Of a stretch of DNA of 34,897 bases, positions 6,491 through 14,961 are shown piece after piece. Position 1 is the stretch's first letter; every line of letters starts with the position of its first letter. The notes below the pieces were generated by a model. That model did not search any database. It had not been told where the DNA came from and saw only the letters and a program-made list of their open reading frames with translations. The stretch lies in the IMG/VR virus record IMGVR_UViG_3300035492_000032, positions 1-34,897 of that record; one strand, given 5' to 3'. The position numbers and the translations under genes were made by a program. Source of the DNA: a virus (Duplodnaviria; Caudoviricetes).

Positions 6491-7489
6491 ATGTTAGACA
6501 ACGTTATTCAGATTGGCAACACCCAACGGGGGTTCACCCGGATGGACAACAGCATCATGGAGGCTCTGGCTGCAGTTGATCTGCCGGCTCGTGAGTTCCG
6601 CGTCGTGATGGCTATCGCCCGCCAGACCATCGGCTACAACGTCGAGAGCAAGCGTCTCTCTGCTGACGAGATCGGCAAGCTGACCAACATGCGCCGCGAT
6701 GTCGTATCGAAGGCGATCAGTCACCTGCTCGAGCGCCGGATCATCTTCCGTGTCGGTGGTAGCCGTGGCGAGCTGGGTGTTTCTCCTTCTAACGAATGGT
6801 CCTTCTACGAAGAGAAGAAAGCGCGTCTCAGTGAGACCAAATCGTCTCACTCAGCCCAAATCGTCTCACTCGTTACTGATGCGAGTGAGACCAAAACGGC
6901 AACTTCCCTTCTTTATACAAAGAAAGAACCCCTAGTAACTGTTCCTTCGGAACAGATTACTGCCCCCCAAGGGGGCGAGCCCGCCCAGGTCGAGAAAGAT
7001 TCCGGGGTTTCGTTCAACGGCGAGGACTTCCAGGTCAGCTCTGACCTGATCACCAAGTGGGCGAAAGCCTACGCACCGGTTGACGTCGAGACTGAGATCG
7101 TTCGCGCCGCCGCCTGGGCTTCCGCTAATCGCCCGAAGAAGGACTGGCGCCGCTTCCTGGTCAAGTGGCTCGGCAACGCTCACCGCAAGGCAGCCGGTAC
7201 CGTCAACGAGGCCGGCGTGCCTGTAGACCAGATCATCGACCTGTACCACCGCGTTTGCCCGAACCTGCCGGCCGTCACCGTGAAGACCGACAAGGCCCTT
7301 CGCAGCATGATCGTCGAGCGCTGGAACGAGGCTGAGGCGCACAAGAGCGGCAAGGGCTTCTGGCTCCCGTTCTTCGAGAAGGCCAACAACCGCAGCCAGG
7401 TTTTCTACCGTGGCCAGAACGTCGTCCCCCGCTTGGAGGCTCTGGTAAGCCGCGCCGTCTTCCGTGAAATCTCGGAGGCGCAGCAATGA
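6491..7489 (+). CDS. Replication initiation protein (lambda O-like)
   Basis: GFTRMDNSIMEAL...REFRVVMAIARQTIGY winged-helix N-terminus; internal iterons; followed by helicase. Confidence 0.88.
   Translation: MLDNVIQIGNTQRGFTRMDNSIMEALAAVDLPAREFRVVMAIARQTIGYNVESKRLSADEIGKLTNMRRDVVSKAISHLLERRIIFRVGGSRGELGVSPSNEWSFYEEKKARLSETKSSHSAQIVSLVTDASETKTATSLLYTKKEPLVTVPSEQITAPQGGEPAQVEKDSGVSFNGEDFQVSSDLITKWAKAYAPVDVETEIVRAAAWASANRPKKDWRRFLVKWLGNAHRKAAGTVNEAGVPVDQIIDLYHRVCPNLPAVTVKTDKALRSMIVERWNEAEAHKSGKGFWLPFFEKANNRSQVFYRGQNVVPRLEALVSRAVFREISEAQQ
6824..6928. repeat. Replication origin iterons inside the initiator gene
   Basis: AGTGAGAC-caaatc-GTCTCACT palindrome 6830-6851; CCAAATCGTCTCACTC twice (6837, 6856); AGTGAGACCAAAACG at 6884; A-rich tract follows. 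Confidence 0.8.
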
Positions 7490-8826
7490 TCGAACTTCAC
7501 AGCCTCGAGGCTGAGCATGGCGTGATCGGCGCAATGCTCAAGCAGCCGCACTTGATCGACGTCCTCAGCGATGACCTGTCGCCCGAAGCGTTTGCCTACG
7601 CCGACAACGCCGACCTGTACCGCCTGATCATGGAGCTGCACAACGACGGCCAGCCGGTGGACGCCATCACTCTTGGCGACCGCATGGCTGAGCTGCCAAG
7701 CGGCACACGGACCACCGCCTATGCCGGCGAGATTCAGTTCAACACCCCGTCCGCTGCCAACGCGAAGACCTACGCGAAGATCATTCGTGACCGCGCCGTG
7801 GCTCGCCAGATCGTCGCCGCCGCCGAGCGCATCCACGAGATCGCTCACGACCAAGCGACCGTCGAGGACAAGATCGCGCAGGTGCAGTCGACCATCCTGG
7901 CCCTCGGTACTGATGGCGGCGACGCCGAATGCCAGAGCATGGCCGATATGTGGGCGGAGCACATCGAAGTGCTGCAGGTGCGCCTGGATCGTTTCGCCAA
8001 GGGCGAAGCAATGGACGGGCTTGGGACTGGTATCCCTGACCTCGACAAGTACACCCAGGGCATGAAGCCGGGCCAGATGATCGTCGTTGCTGGCCGTCCT
8101 GCCATGGGCAAAACCACCCTGGCCATGAACATCGCGGCAGACGTCGGAATCAACCAGCGCAAGCCGGTTGCCGTCATCAGCCTGGAGATGAGCAAGACCC
8201 AGCTGATGGATCGCCTGCTCGCGGCGGTCGGAGGCATCCCGCTGCCATCCCTGAAGACCGGCGAGTGCAGCAGCGACTACAGCACCGAGCTGGCGGCTGC
8301 CGGCCTGAAGCTGAGCCGGTCTCCAATCGTCGTATCTGACGTGCCGGTCATGACCATGGCGCGCATCCGCTCCATCGTCCGCCGCCAGAAGCATCGTATG
8401 GGCGGCATGGGTCTCGTGGTCATCGACTACTTGGGCCTGGTCGAGGGTGAGGGCGCTGGCCGGACTGAAGACGTAACGGTGATGTCGCGCCAGATCAAGC
8501 TGCTGGCCCGCGAGATGGAATGCCCGGTAATCGTCCTGTCCCAGCTCAATCGCGGCTGCGAGTCCCGCCCAGACAAGCGCCCGGTTCTTTCCGACCTGCG
8601 CGAATCCGGCGCCATCGAGCAGGACGCCGACATCGTGATGTTCGTTTACCGGGATGAGGTTTATCACCCGAACACCCAGGACAAGGGCATCGGCGAAATC
8701 CTGATCCGCAAGAACCGTGACGGCGAGATCGGAACTGTACCGACCGCCTTCCAGGGCGATAAGTCTCGCTTTGTCCCGCTCGCCGCGCACGCCCGCAGCG
8801 GCAATGTCATCGAGGTGAACTTCTGA
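7486..8826 (+). CDS. dnaB: Replicative DNA helicase, DnaB-like
   Basis: AGRPAMGKT Walker A, SLEM, VVIDYL, LSQLNR, SDLRESGAIEQDAD. Confidence 0.96.
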   Translation: MIELHSLEAEHGVIGAMLKQPHLIDVLSDDLSPEAFAYADNADLYRLIMELHNDGQPVDAITLGDRMAELPSGTRTTAYAGEIQFNTPSAANAKTYAKIIRDRAVARQIVAAAERIHEIAHDQATVEDKIAQVQSTILALGTDGGDAECQSMADMWAEHIEVLQVRLDRFAKGEAMDGLGTGIPDLDKYTQGMKPGQMIVVAGRPAMGKTTLAMNIAADVGINQRKPVAVISLEMSKTQLMDRLLAAVGGIPLPSLKTGECSSDYSTELAAAGLKLSRSPIVVSDVPVMTMARIRSIVRRQKHRMGGMGLVVIDYLGLVEGEGAGRTEDVTVMSRQIKLLAREMECPVIVLSQLNRGCESRPDKRPVLSDLRESGAIEQDADIVMFVYRDEVYHPNTQDKGIGEILIRKNRDGEIGTVPTAFQGDKSRFVPLAAHARSGNVIEVNF

Positions 8827-9044
8827 TGAGCCAGTACGCAGAGATTCGGCGGCTTGCCGAGCAGGAAATCGCACTTCGTGGTGGGGCTGACGAGAACGCC
8901 CGCACCGAGTGGTGCAAGGCAGTTAAGGCGCTGCGCAAGGCCGTGCCGGACTGGTCGGCTGTCGTGGTTGAGCTGGTGAACGAATTGGATCGCGTCGTCT
9001 GTGCTGACGGAAGCACCCAGCGCGGCGTAGGAGCACGGAAATGA
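8826..9044 (+). CDS. Hypothetical protein
   Basis: Overlaps both neighbours (translational coupling). Confidence 0.7.
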   Translation: MSQYAEIRRLAEQEIALRGGADENARTEWCKAVKALRKAVPDWSAVVVELVNELDRVVCADGSTQRGVGARK

Positions 9045-9820
9045 GCGAGGTACGCCTGATGCTCGGCGACTGCCTGGAGCGGATGAAGGAAATCGAGGCC
9101 GGTACCGTCGATCTGATCCTGGCCGACCTCCCGTACGGCACAACCCAATGCGCCTGGGATGAAGTGATACCGATGACTGCGCTGTGGGAGCAGTACCTGC
9201 GGGTCGCCAAGCCGGAGGCTGCAATCGTCCTGACGGCAGCACAGCCGTTCACATCCATGCTCGTGATGAGCCGGCCGGACCTGTTCCGCTACGAGTGGAT
9301 CTGGGAGAAGGGAAACGCCACCGGCTTCCTGAACGCCAAGAAGCAGCCAATGCGGGCGCACGAGTCGGCGTTGGTCTTCTACCGCAAGCAGCCAACCTAC
9401 AACCCGCAGATGACTGCCGGGCACGAGCGCAAGACTGCAAGCCGAAAGACCGTCAACTCCGAGTGCTACGGCAAGGCCATCAGCCTGACAAATTACGACT
9501 CGACAGAACGGTACCCGCGCAGCGTCCAGTTCTTCTCGAGCGACAAGCAGTCCGGCAACTACCACCCGACGCAGAAGCCTGTTGCGCTGATGGAATACCT
9601 GATCCGCACCTACGCGGTACCGGGCATGACCGTTCTGGATAACACCATGGGCAGCGGCACCACCGGAGTTGCCGCGCTGCGGTGTGGCTGCAACTTCATC
9701 GGCATCGAGCTTGACCCTTTCCATTTTGAAACTGGAACCGCGCGCATCGACGAAGAAGCAATTCGCCTAGCGACTCCGGTGCCGCAATTTGACCTGTTCG
9801 CCGAGGTGGCAAATGTCTGA
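9041..9820 (+). CDS. Orphan N4-C/N6-A DNA methyltransferase (beta class)
   Basis: DLPY catalytic motif, HPTQKP, VLDNTMGSGTTG SAM-binding motif; no REase nearby. Confidence 0.92.
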   Translation: MSEVRLMLGDCLERMKEIEAGTVDLILADLPYGTTQCAWDEVIPMTALWEQYLRVAKPEAAIVLTAAQPFTSMLVMSRPDLFRYEWIWEKGNATGFLNAKKQPMRAHESALVFYRKQPTYNPQMTAGHERKTASRKTVNSECYGKAISLTNYDSTERYPRSVQFFSSDKQSGNYHPTQKPVALMEYLIRTYAVPGMTVLDNTMGSGTTGVAALRCGCNFIGIELDPFHFETGTARIDEEAIRLATPVPQFDLFAEVANV

Positions 9821-10070
9821 CTTCATGGAAATCACCGAAGCCTTCCACCAGGCCCGCACAGCTCCCGATGTAACAGACCGGGCCTCCGGTTTAGAGGAGG
9901 CAGATCGTATAGGTGGCGTGGCGCTGGTACAGGCCAGGCTGCAGGGGCAGGGCGCTGAGGAATGCGAGGAGTGCGGCATTGAGATTCCGGCAGCTCGCCG
10001 TCGTGCTGCGCCTTGGGCGGTGTGCTGCGTGGACTGCCAGGGGCTGCGCGAGGGTCGCCGCGATGGCTGA
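9813..10070 (+). CDS. TraR/DksA-family C4 zinc-finger protein
   Basis: DVTDRA...CEECGIEIPAARRRAAPWAVCCVDCQ. Confidence 0.88.
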   Translation: MSDFMEITEAFHQARTAPDVTDRASGLEEADRIGGVALVQARLQGQGAEECEECGIEIPAARRRAAPWAVCCVDCQGLREGRRDG

Positions 10071-10521
10071 GAAGATCCGCGTCAACGGCCTGGGCGAGCT
10101 ATCCGCTGTGACAGCCGCCATTCGCGCCAAGGGCTTCCCCTGCAACGTCAGCATCACCGGGGCGGGCCGCAGCCTGCCTCAGAACTCCCTGTTCCATAAG
10201 TGGTGCGCAGAGATCGCGGCGTTCTTCGTCTCGATGGGGAAGACGACCTTTGCCACAGGCGCCGCCATGAATGAAGTGAACATGAAGCGGAACCTGAAGC
10301 AGACCTTCCTCGGCGAGGAGGAGATCGAGGATATCGACCTGCGGACGGGGGAGATCACAAAGCGCTCAGAGCTGCGCCACACCAGTGACCTCGACAAGGG
10401 CGAGATGCACGCCTTCATGACCTGCGTCGACAAGTGGGCCATGGAGCACGGCATCTACCTGTCGCACCCTGAGGACAGCGAGTACATGCGGATGCAGCGC
10501 GACTTTGGGGAGGCTGCCTGA
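10063..10521 (+). CDS. NinB/YbcN-like recombination protein
   Basis: RSLPQNSLFHKW...HTSDLDKGEMHAF motifs; start re-called at ATG 10063. Confidence 0.75.
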   Translation: MAEKIRVNGLGELSAVTAAIRAKGFPCNVSITGAGRSLPQNSLFHKWCAEIAAFFVSMGKTTFATGAAMNEVNMKRNLKQTFLGEEEIEDIDLRTGEITKRSELRHTSDLDKGEMHAFMTCVDKWAMEHGIYLSHPEDSEYMRMQRDFGEAA

Positions 10522-10829
10522 TGCTCCGCCAGCGCTCCCAGCCATTCCGCTCGAGCAAGTGGCTCTCAGCGGTACATAAGATCGAAAACTGCGTGCTCTG
10601 CGGCGCCTATGGCGTCCAGGCCGCACACATCAACGAAGGAAAGGGGATGAGCCAGAAGACAGACGACTGCCTCACCGCGGCCATCTGCCAGAGCTGCCAC
10701 CACGAACTGGACAACGGCAAGAAGTACAGCCGCGACGAGCGCCGGGAAATCCTGCGCAAGGCGGTGCTGGACACCATCGCACAACTCGCCCGCATGGGGC
10801 TGATCGACGCAAAGGGGAAGGCAGCGTGA
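10521..10829 (+). CDS. Small HNH-like Zn-binding nuclease (DUF968/DUF1364 type)
   Basis: CVLCG...AAH...GMSQKTDD...CQSCH. Confidence 0.75.
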   Translation: MLRQRSQPFRSSKWLSAVHKIENCVLCGAYGVQAAHINEGKGMSQKTDDCLTAAICQSCHHELDNGKKYSRDERREILRKAVLDTIAQLARMGLIDAKGKAA

Positions 10830-11002
10830 CCGACCTACCTCTCGGCCGCGCCTGCCCTGACTGCGGCGAGCCCATGAGCAATATGCCAAGCCTGAACGCC
10901 CGCCAATGCGCCACCGGATGCAAAGAGACATTCGCCTGGAACCTGGCGCCCGGCCAGCTCCCCCTGATCGCAAACAACAGAGCCACAAGGAAGCCGCAAT
11001 GA
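10826..11002 (+). CDS. Small Cys-rich hypothetical protein (58 aa)
   Basis: Manually translated from GTG 10826 (CPDCG...CATGC); 4-bp overlaps at both ends. Confidence 0.6.
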   Translation: MTDLPLGRACPDCGEPMSNMPSLNARQCATGCKETFAWNLAPGQLPLIANNRATRKPQ

Positions 11003-11277
11003 CTGACGCAATCAACCCAACCCATTACACCCGCGGCGCGGTTGAGTGCATCGACGCCATCGAAGCGGCCACCGTGGACAAGCGCGGCATCGAAGCGGCC
11101 TGCACCGCGAACATCATCAAGTACCTGTGGCGCTACGAGGCCAAGAACGGCATCGAGGACGTGAAGAAGGCTCGCTGGTACCTGGAGCGCCTGCTCGCGC
11201 ACCTCGACAAAGCCGAGTTCGGCCAGCAGAACACCATCGACTGCCGCACCGATGCCGAGAAGGCGGAGCTGGCATGA
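10999..11277 (+). CDS. DUF3310 protein (T7 gp1.7 nucleotide-kinase-like)
   Basis: INPTHY...ECIDAI...NIIKYLWRY..KNGIEDVKKARWYL. Confidence 0.9.
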   Translation: MTDAINPTHYTRGAVECIDAIEAATVDKRGIEAACTANIIKYLWRYEAKNGIEDVKKARWYLERLLAHLDKAEFGQQNTIDCRTDAEKAELA

Positions 11278-11313
11278 AGCTCTCTCGAATCGACGTGATA
11301 GGACAGAACGGCA

Positions 11314-11550
11314 ATGGCGGCGAGCACTACGACGGCGTTGGCCGGGAATGGCTCATTCAATCTGGCCTGCTGCCCTCCATCGGAGCGGATGAAGATCGAG
11401 GCACAGAAGCACGGCTATCTGATCCTGCACAAGCTCAAGGGCATGACCGGGCCAGCACGGCAGGCGAGGGGGCGCGAACTGATGGATCGTGTTCCCGAGA
11501 CTGTGCGACCTGCGGTTGCCGAGTGGCTGAAGGCGAGGGCAGGTAAATGA
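11314..11550 (+). CDS. Hypothetical protein, weakly DUF3283/Pol III theta-like
   Basis: FNLACCPPSERMKIEAQKHGYLILHKLK; ATGA overlap with the next gene. Confidence 0.5.
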   Translation: MAASTTTALAGNGSFNLACCPPSERMKIEAQKHGYLILHKLKGMTGPARQARGRELMDRVPETVRPAVAEWLKARAGK

Positions 11551-12020
11551 TCATCGGAATCGACCCTGGCTGCACTGGCGCCATCGTAGTGATGACCGAG
11601 AGCCGCAACTACGTGGCTCACCTCAACATGCCGACCATCAAGGTAGGCACGAAGAGTCGCGTGAACGGCGCCGCGGTGGCTGCATTCCTGCGGGAGACGA
11701 TCGGCGAGTTCACCGCTCACGCCTATCTTGAGGCGGTTGGCGCCATGCCGGGCCAGGGCGTTTCCTCGATGTTCACCTTTGGCCATGCCGCTGGCGTGGT
11801 CGAGGGAATCCTGCAAGGAGCGTGCATCCCGTACACATTGGTCACCCCGCAATCATGGAAGAAAAGAGCGGGCCTCATTGGGGCCGACAAGGATGCCGCA
11901 CGCTCCCGCGCAATCCAGCTCTACCCGGACCTCCGCATTCTCGACCTGAAAGGGAAGGGGCAAGCGGTGGCCGACGCCATTTTGATCGCCCGGTTTGGGG
12001 CTAAAGGGGAGGCAGCCTAA
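11547..12020 (+). CDS. RuvC-like Holliday junction resolvase
   Basis: IIGIDPG, YLE, PQSWKK, ADAILIA acidic motifs. Confidence 0.88.
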   Translation: MIIGIDPGCTGAIVVMTESRNYVAHLNMPTIKVGTKSRVNGAAVAAFLRETIGEFTAHAYLEAVGAMPGQGVSSMFTFGHAAGVVEGILQGACIPYTLVTPQSWKKRAGLIGADKDAARSRAIQLYPDLRILDLKGKGQAVADAILIARFGAKGEAA

Positions 12021-13156
12021 TGGCCGCACGCAAGCACGACGACGAGACAATCAAGGCCGCGCTGGCTGGCCGCACTGTGGCAGAGGCTGCGCAGATCCTT
12101 GGGCTGCACGAGCGCAACGTATACACCCACAAGGCGCGTCTGGCTCGTCAGGGGTGGAGCCCGGAGCACGACATGGTGAAGACGGTGCCGGATGGCTTCC
12201 ATCTCAAGGGCACGTCGACGCTGTACGGCAAGGACGGCGAGCAGAAGCTGCAGTGGGTCAAGTCCAACATCGACCACGAGCGTCAGGCCGAGCTGATGAA
12301 GGAGGCGGTCAAGGCTCTTGCCCTGGACATCAAGCCGGCCAAGGCGCTGCCGGCACCTCTGCACACCCTTGCGCACCTGCTCAACTGCTACGTCATCACC
12401 GACTACCACCTCGGCATGAATGCCTGGGCAGAGGAGACGGGCGCGGCATGGGACATGAAAATCGCCGAGGACACGCTGGTAGGTTGGTTCGGCGCGGCGA
12501 TCGCCCAGGCGCCGGACTCACATACCGGCGTATTCGCCCAGCTTGGGGATCTGCTGCATTGGGATGGTATCCAGGCGGTCACCCCGACATCCGGCCACGT
12601 CCTCGACGCCGACACTCGCTTCCAGAAGCTGGTCCGCGTGGCAATCAGCGTCATCCGCCGCGTAACGGCCATGCTGCTGCAGAAGCACGATCGCGTCGTT
12701 CTCCTGATGGCTGAGGGCAACCACGACCTAGCATCGAGCGCCTGGCTGCGTGAACTGTTCGCCGCCCTGTATGCGGACGAGCCGCGCATCGAGGTCATCA
12801 CCCGCCCGGACCCGTATTACTGCATCGAGCATGGCCGCACGTCGCTGTTCTTCCACCACGGCCACAAGAAGCGGATGGACTCCCTTGAGACGGTGTTCAT
12901 CGCCAAGTTCCGCGAGGTCTTCGGCCGTACCAGGCACAGCTATGCGCACACCGGCCACCTGCACCACAACGTCCTGCGCGAGACGAACACCATGCAGATC
13001 GAGCAGCACCGCACCCTGGCCGCGCCAGACAGTCACGCGAGCCGCGGCGGGTGGATGAGCGGACGTGACGCCAAGGTCATCACCTACCACGCCGAGCACG
13101 GCGAAGTGGGCCGCATCATCGTTTCAGCCGACATGCTCAAGGGGGAAGCAGCATGA
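12020..13156 (+). CDS. HTH + calcineurin-like metallophosphoesterase
   Basis: N-terminal HTH; DYH, GDLLH, GNHD, HHGH, GHLH metal-binding motifs. Confidence 0.85.
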   Translation: MAARKHDDETIKAALAGRTVAEAAQILGLHERNVYTHKARLARQGWSPEHDMVKTVPDGFHLKGTSTLYGKDGEQKLQWVKSNIDHERQAELMKEAVKALALDIKPAKALPAPLHTLAHLLNCYVITDYHLGMNAWAEETGAAWDMKIAEDTLVGWFGAAIAQAPDSHTGVFAQLGDLLHWDGIQAVTPTSGHVLDADTRFQKLVRVAISVIRRVTAMLLQKHDRVVLLMAEGNHDLASSAWLRELFAALYADEPRIEVITRPDPYYCIEHGRTSLFFHHGHKKRMDSLETVFIAKFREVFGRTRHSYAHTGHLHHNVLRETNTMQIEQHRTLAAPDSHASRGGWMSGRDAKVITYHAEHGEVGRIIVSADMLKGEAA

Positions 13157-13698
13157 CCTATCGCAACGTGGTTTCCGCAGTAGTACGCGCCCTGGCGAGC
13201 GAAGTGATCAACTCGGCTGGTGGCTGTGACTTCCAACCGAAGGTGCAGGCCGCTCGTGTGCCGGGTGCGATCTGCGGCAAGGAAGAGGCGTTCCTGACTG
13301 ACTGCTGGGTGTTCTCACGCCTGCACACGATGCTGAGCCCTGAGCACTGGCGCGCATTGGTAGCGCAGTATTCGACTCATGCAGACCGCAAGCGCATTGC
13401 CATCACTGAGCTGGTCGGCACGATCCAGTCCCCGGCGCCGGTTCGGTTCATCAACTGCTGTGTGGTGACGTGGGCCTATCCGAAGCTTCCGGGCGCAGAA
13501 GGAAAACGCTCGACCAATGTGCTGCCGGCCGGGTGGTACAACATGGACAACTGGAGCGATGACCCGGTGCCTGTGAAAACGCAAGAGCGCTGGCGTCGTG
13601 ACATCCGCAAGGCGCTGAAGCAGGCCGTTGACCAGGCGCTGATCGAGGCGCACGAGATACTGGCTGCTGAGGGGTTGGTGGCAGGCGAGGCGGCGTGA
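13153..13698 (+). CDS. Probable late antiterminator (Q-like)
   Basis: Last gene of the nin region, ahead of a promoter/terminator pair and the holin; Pseudomonas-phage-type sequence. Confidence 0.6.
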   Translation: MTYRNVVSAVVRALASEVINSAGGCDFQPKVQAARVPGAICGKEEAFLTDCWVFSRLHTMLSPEHWRALVAQYSTHADRKRIAITELVGTIQSPAPVRFINCCVVTWAYPKLPGAEGKRSTNVLPAGWYNMDNWSDDPVPVKTQERWRRDIRKALKQAVDQALIEAHEILAAEGLVAGEAA

Positions 13699-13718
13699 AA
13701 TAAATTTGCGGAAATGTG

Positions 13719-13747
13719 TTGACGAGGAACAGCGTTCCGCATAATCT
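13719..13747 (+). promoter_or_regulatory. acr-aca promoter with Aca1-type inverted-repeat operator
   Basis: TTGACG (13719-13724), 17 bp, TAATCT (13742-13747); GGAAC-N3-GTTCC in the spacer (13726-13738); strong RBS AAGGAG. Confidence 0.85.
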
Positions 13748-13794
13748 AAACCCATGCCAGCCACAACGGCGAGGCGAAGCCAAGGAGAGACACC

Positions 13795-14052
13795 ATGACC
13801 ATCACCAAAATCATCATCACCAACGGCAACCCTGAGATCGGCGCAAATGCTACCGAGCAGGATCACGCTGAGTGGCGTAATGCGGCAGAACAAGCGCTGG
13901 CAAAGGCATACCCGAACGCTGAAATTGAAATCGGCCGCACCGACAGCATGAACAGCGTGCTCCGCCTGGAAAGCGACGACGAGGATGAAGAAGTTGGGCG
14001 CGACAGCCTCGCATATCAAGAAGCCATGCAGATCCTGGAGCGTATGTGGTAA
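13795..14052 (+). CDS. Candidate anti-CRISPR protein, AcrIC7-like
   Basis: 85 aa and acidic (18 D/E vs 7 K/R), directly upstream of aca1. TITKI...G...E.D...R...Q.LA...P.AEIEI...DS..SV pattern matches my recollection of AcrIC7. Confidence 0.75.
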   Translation: MTITKIIITNGNPEIGANATEQDHAEWRNAAEQALAKAYPNAEIEIGRTDSMNSVLRLESDDEDEEVGRDSLAYQEAMQILERMW

Positions 14053-14267
14053 GGCCTGACGCCAGTAATCACAATCCAGACCCGCGCTACCTGCGCGGGC
14101 TTCTGGAGCAGGCAGGGCTCAGCCAGCGAAAAGCGGCAGACTTGATCGGCATAACAGACAGAGCCATGCGGTACTACATGAGTGACGAGTCGAGCCCTAC
14201 ATTCCGCCCGGCGCCGTACCCGGTGCAGTTTGCCCTGGAATGTCTCGCGTCATGCAAAGGTAGTTGA
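14046..14267 (+). CDS. aca1: Anti-CRISPR-associated HTH repressor Aca1
   Basis: PDASNHNPDPRYLRGLL..AGLSQRKAADLIG..DRAMRYY...RPAPYPVQFALECLA closely matches Aca1 of Pseudomonas phages; GTG start with GGAG. Confidence 0.93.
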   Translation: MVRPDASNHNPDPRYLRGLLEQAGLSQRKAADLIGITDRAMRYYMSDESSPTFRPAPYPVQFALECLASCKGS

Positions 14268-14292
14268 CACGAATGAACCAATGAGCCATCCT
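14264..14292 (+). promoter_or_regulatory. Late promoter PR'-like with a direct repeat (candidate Q-binding element)
   Basis: TTGACA (14264-14269), 17 bp, CATCCT; the spacer holds AATGAACC-AATGAGCC. Confidence 0.6.
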
Positions 14293-14460
14293 ATGCCTAT
14301 CTTGGTCATTTCACGCGTTGAGATGGCCGAGAGCCGCGAGTCGTCCCGGTCCAATGTCGTTACGGGCGCGGCATACAGCGACACCTGCTGCGAAAGCGTC
14401 TGATCAGCGCAAGTAGGAAGTGGTGTGGCCTCAAGGGGGAGAGTCCTCTTGGACAATCCA

Positions 14461-14491
14461 AGAGCCCTGACTTAGGTCGGGGCTTTTTATT
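14461..14491 (+). terminator. tR'-like intrinsic terminator
   Basis: GCCCTGAC-TTAG-GTCGGGGC then TTTTTATT. Confidence 0.8.
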
Positions 14492-14633
14492 CACATCGAA
14501 TTCGATGTGTTTGCGCGAACGGCTGATAAGGGCTCGACAACCCGGCGCCCAATTCAATACATCCGCCATGCCTCTGATCATTTTCCTGGCGTCACGCAAA
14601 TGATCATGCACAAATCGCGCGGATTTTCATTAC

Positions 14634-14662
14634 AAGCCTCGGCCATGTGTCGGGGCTTTCTT
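14634..14662 (+). terminator. Intrinsic terminator
   Basis: AAGCCTCGGC-loop-GTCGGGGCTTTCTT. Confidence 0.6.
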
Positions 14663-14678
14663 GCATCTGGAGTCAGCA

Positions 14679-14858
14679 ATGTTCGGATCACTCCTCAAGG
14701 CAGCACTCGCGCCGGTAGATATCGCGGTTGGTGTCGCCGCTGATGTGGTGACCCTGGGCGGCGCAATCACTGACCAGGACAAGCCATACACAGCGCAAGC
14801 AGCAGAACGGCTCATGGATAACGTCGAAGACGTGTTCGAGCCTGAATCCAAGCGCTAA
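14679..14858 (+). CDS. Small phage hypothetical protein (59 aa)
   Basis: RBS GGAG; MFGSLLKAALAPVDIAVGVAADVVTLGG... Confidence 0.7.
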   Translation: MFGSLLKAALAPVDIAVGVAADVVTLGGAITDQDKPYTAQAAERLMDNVEDVFEPESKR

Positions 14859-14961
14859 ACCCTTTCCGGCCCCATGCCTTTGACTGCTTCCTAGCTCCCT
14901 GGCGGATAGCGACAGGCATGTGAGGCCGGACCAATCAACTGCCCCATGCGGGATAACCGAG

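Noticed and set aside
7405-9724. Long minus-strand ORFs (489 aa, 305 aa) opposite dnaB and the MTase, and similar ones opposite capsid and tail genes
   Set aside because: Antisense artefacts of high-GC3 codon usage
13786-13800. CACC-ATGA at the acr start as a possible self-target of the IscB guide
   Set aside because: Only 4 contiguous TAM-proximal matches, too few for cleavage
14340-14375. ACGGGCGCG resembling part of a type I-C CRISPR repeat near acr-aca1 (possible RNA anti-CRISPR)
   Set aside because: Only a 9-nt match; no matching 5' stem or ATTGAAAC 3' end
14385-14420. GAAA...CTGATCAG suggesting a hammerhead ribozyme
   Set aside because: CUGANGA core is not matched and the required stems are missing
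14492-14552. Possible tRNA remnant (GGGCTCGACAACCC...CCA) after the palindrome CACATCGAATTCGATGTG
   Set aside because: No cloverleaf and no TTC T-loop consensus; tRNAscan-SE would be needed
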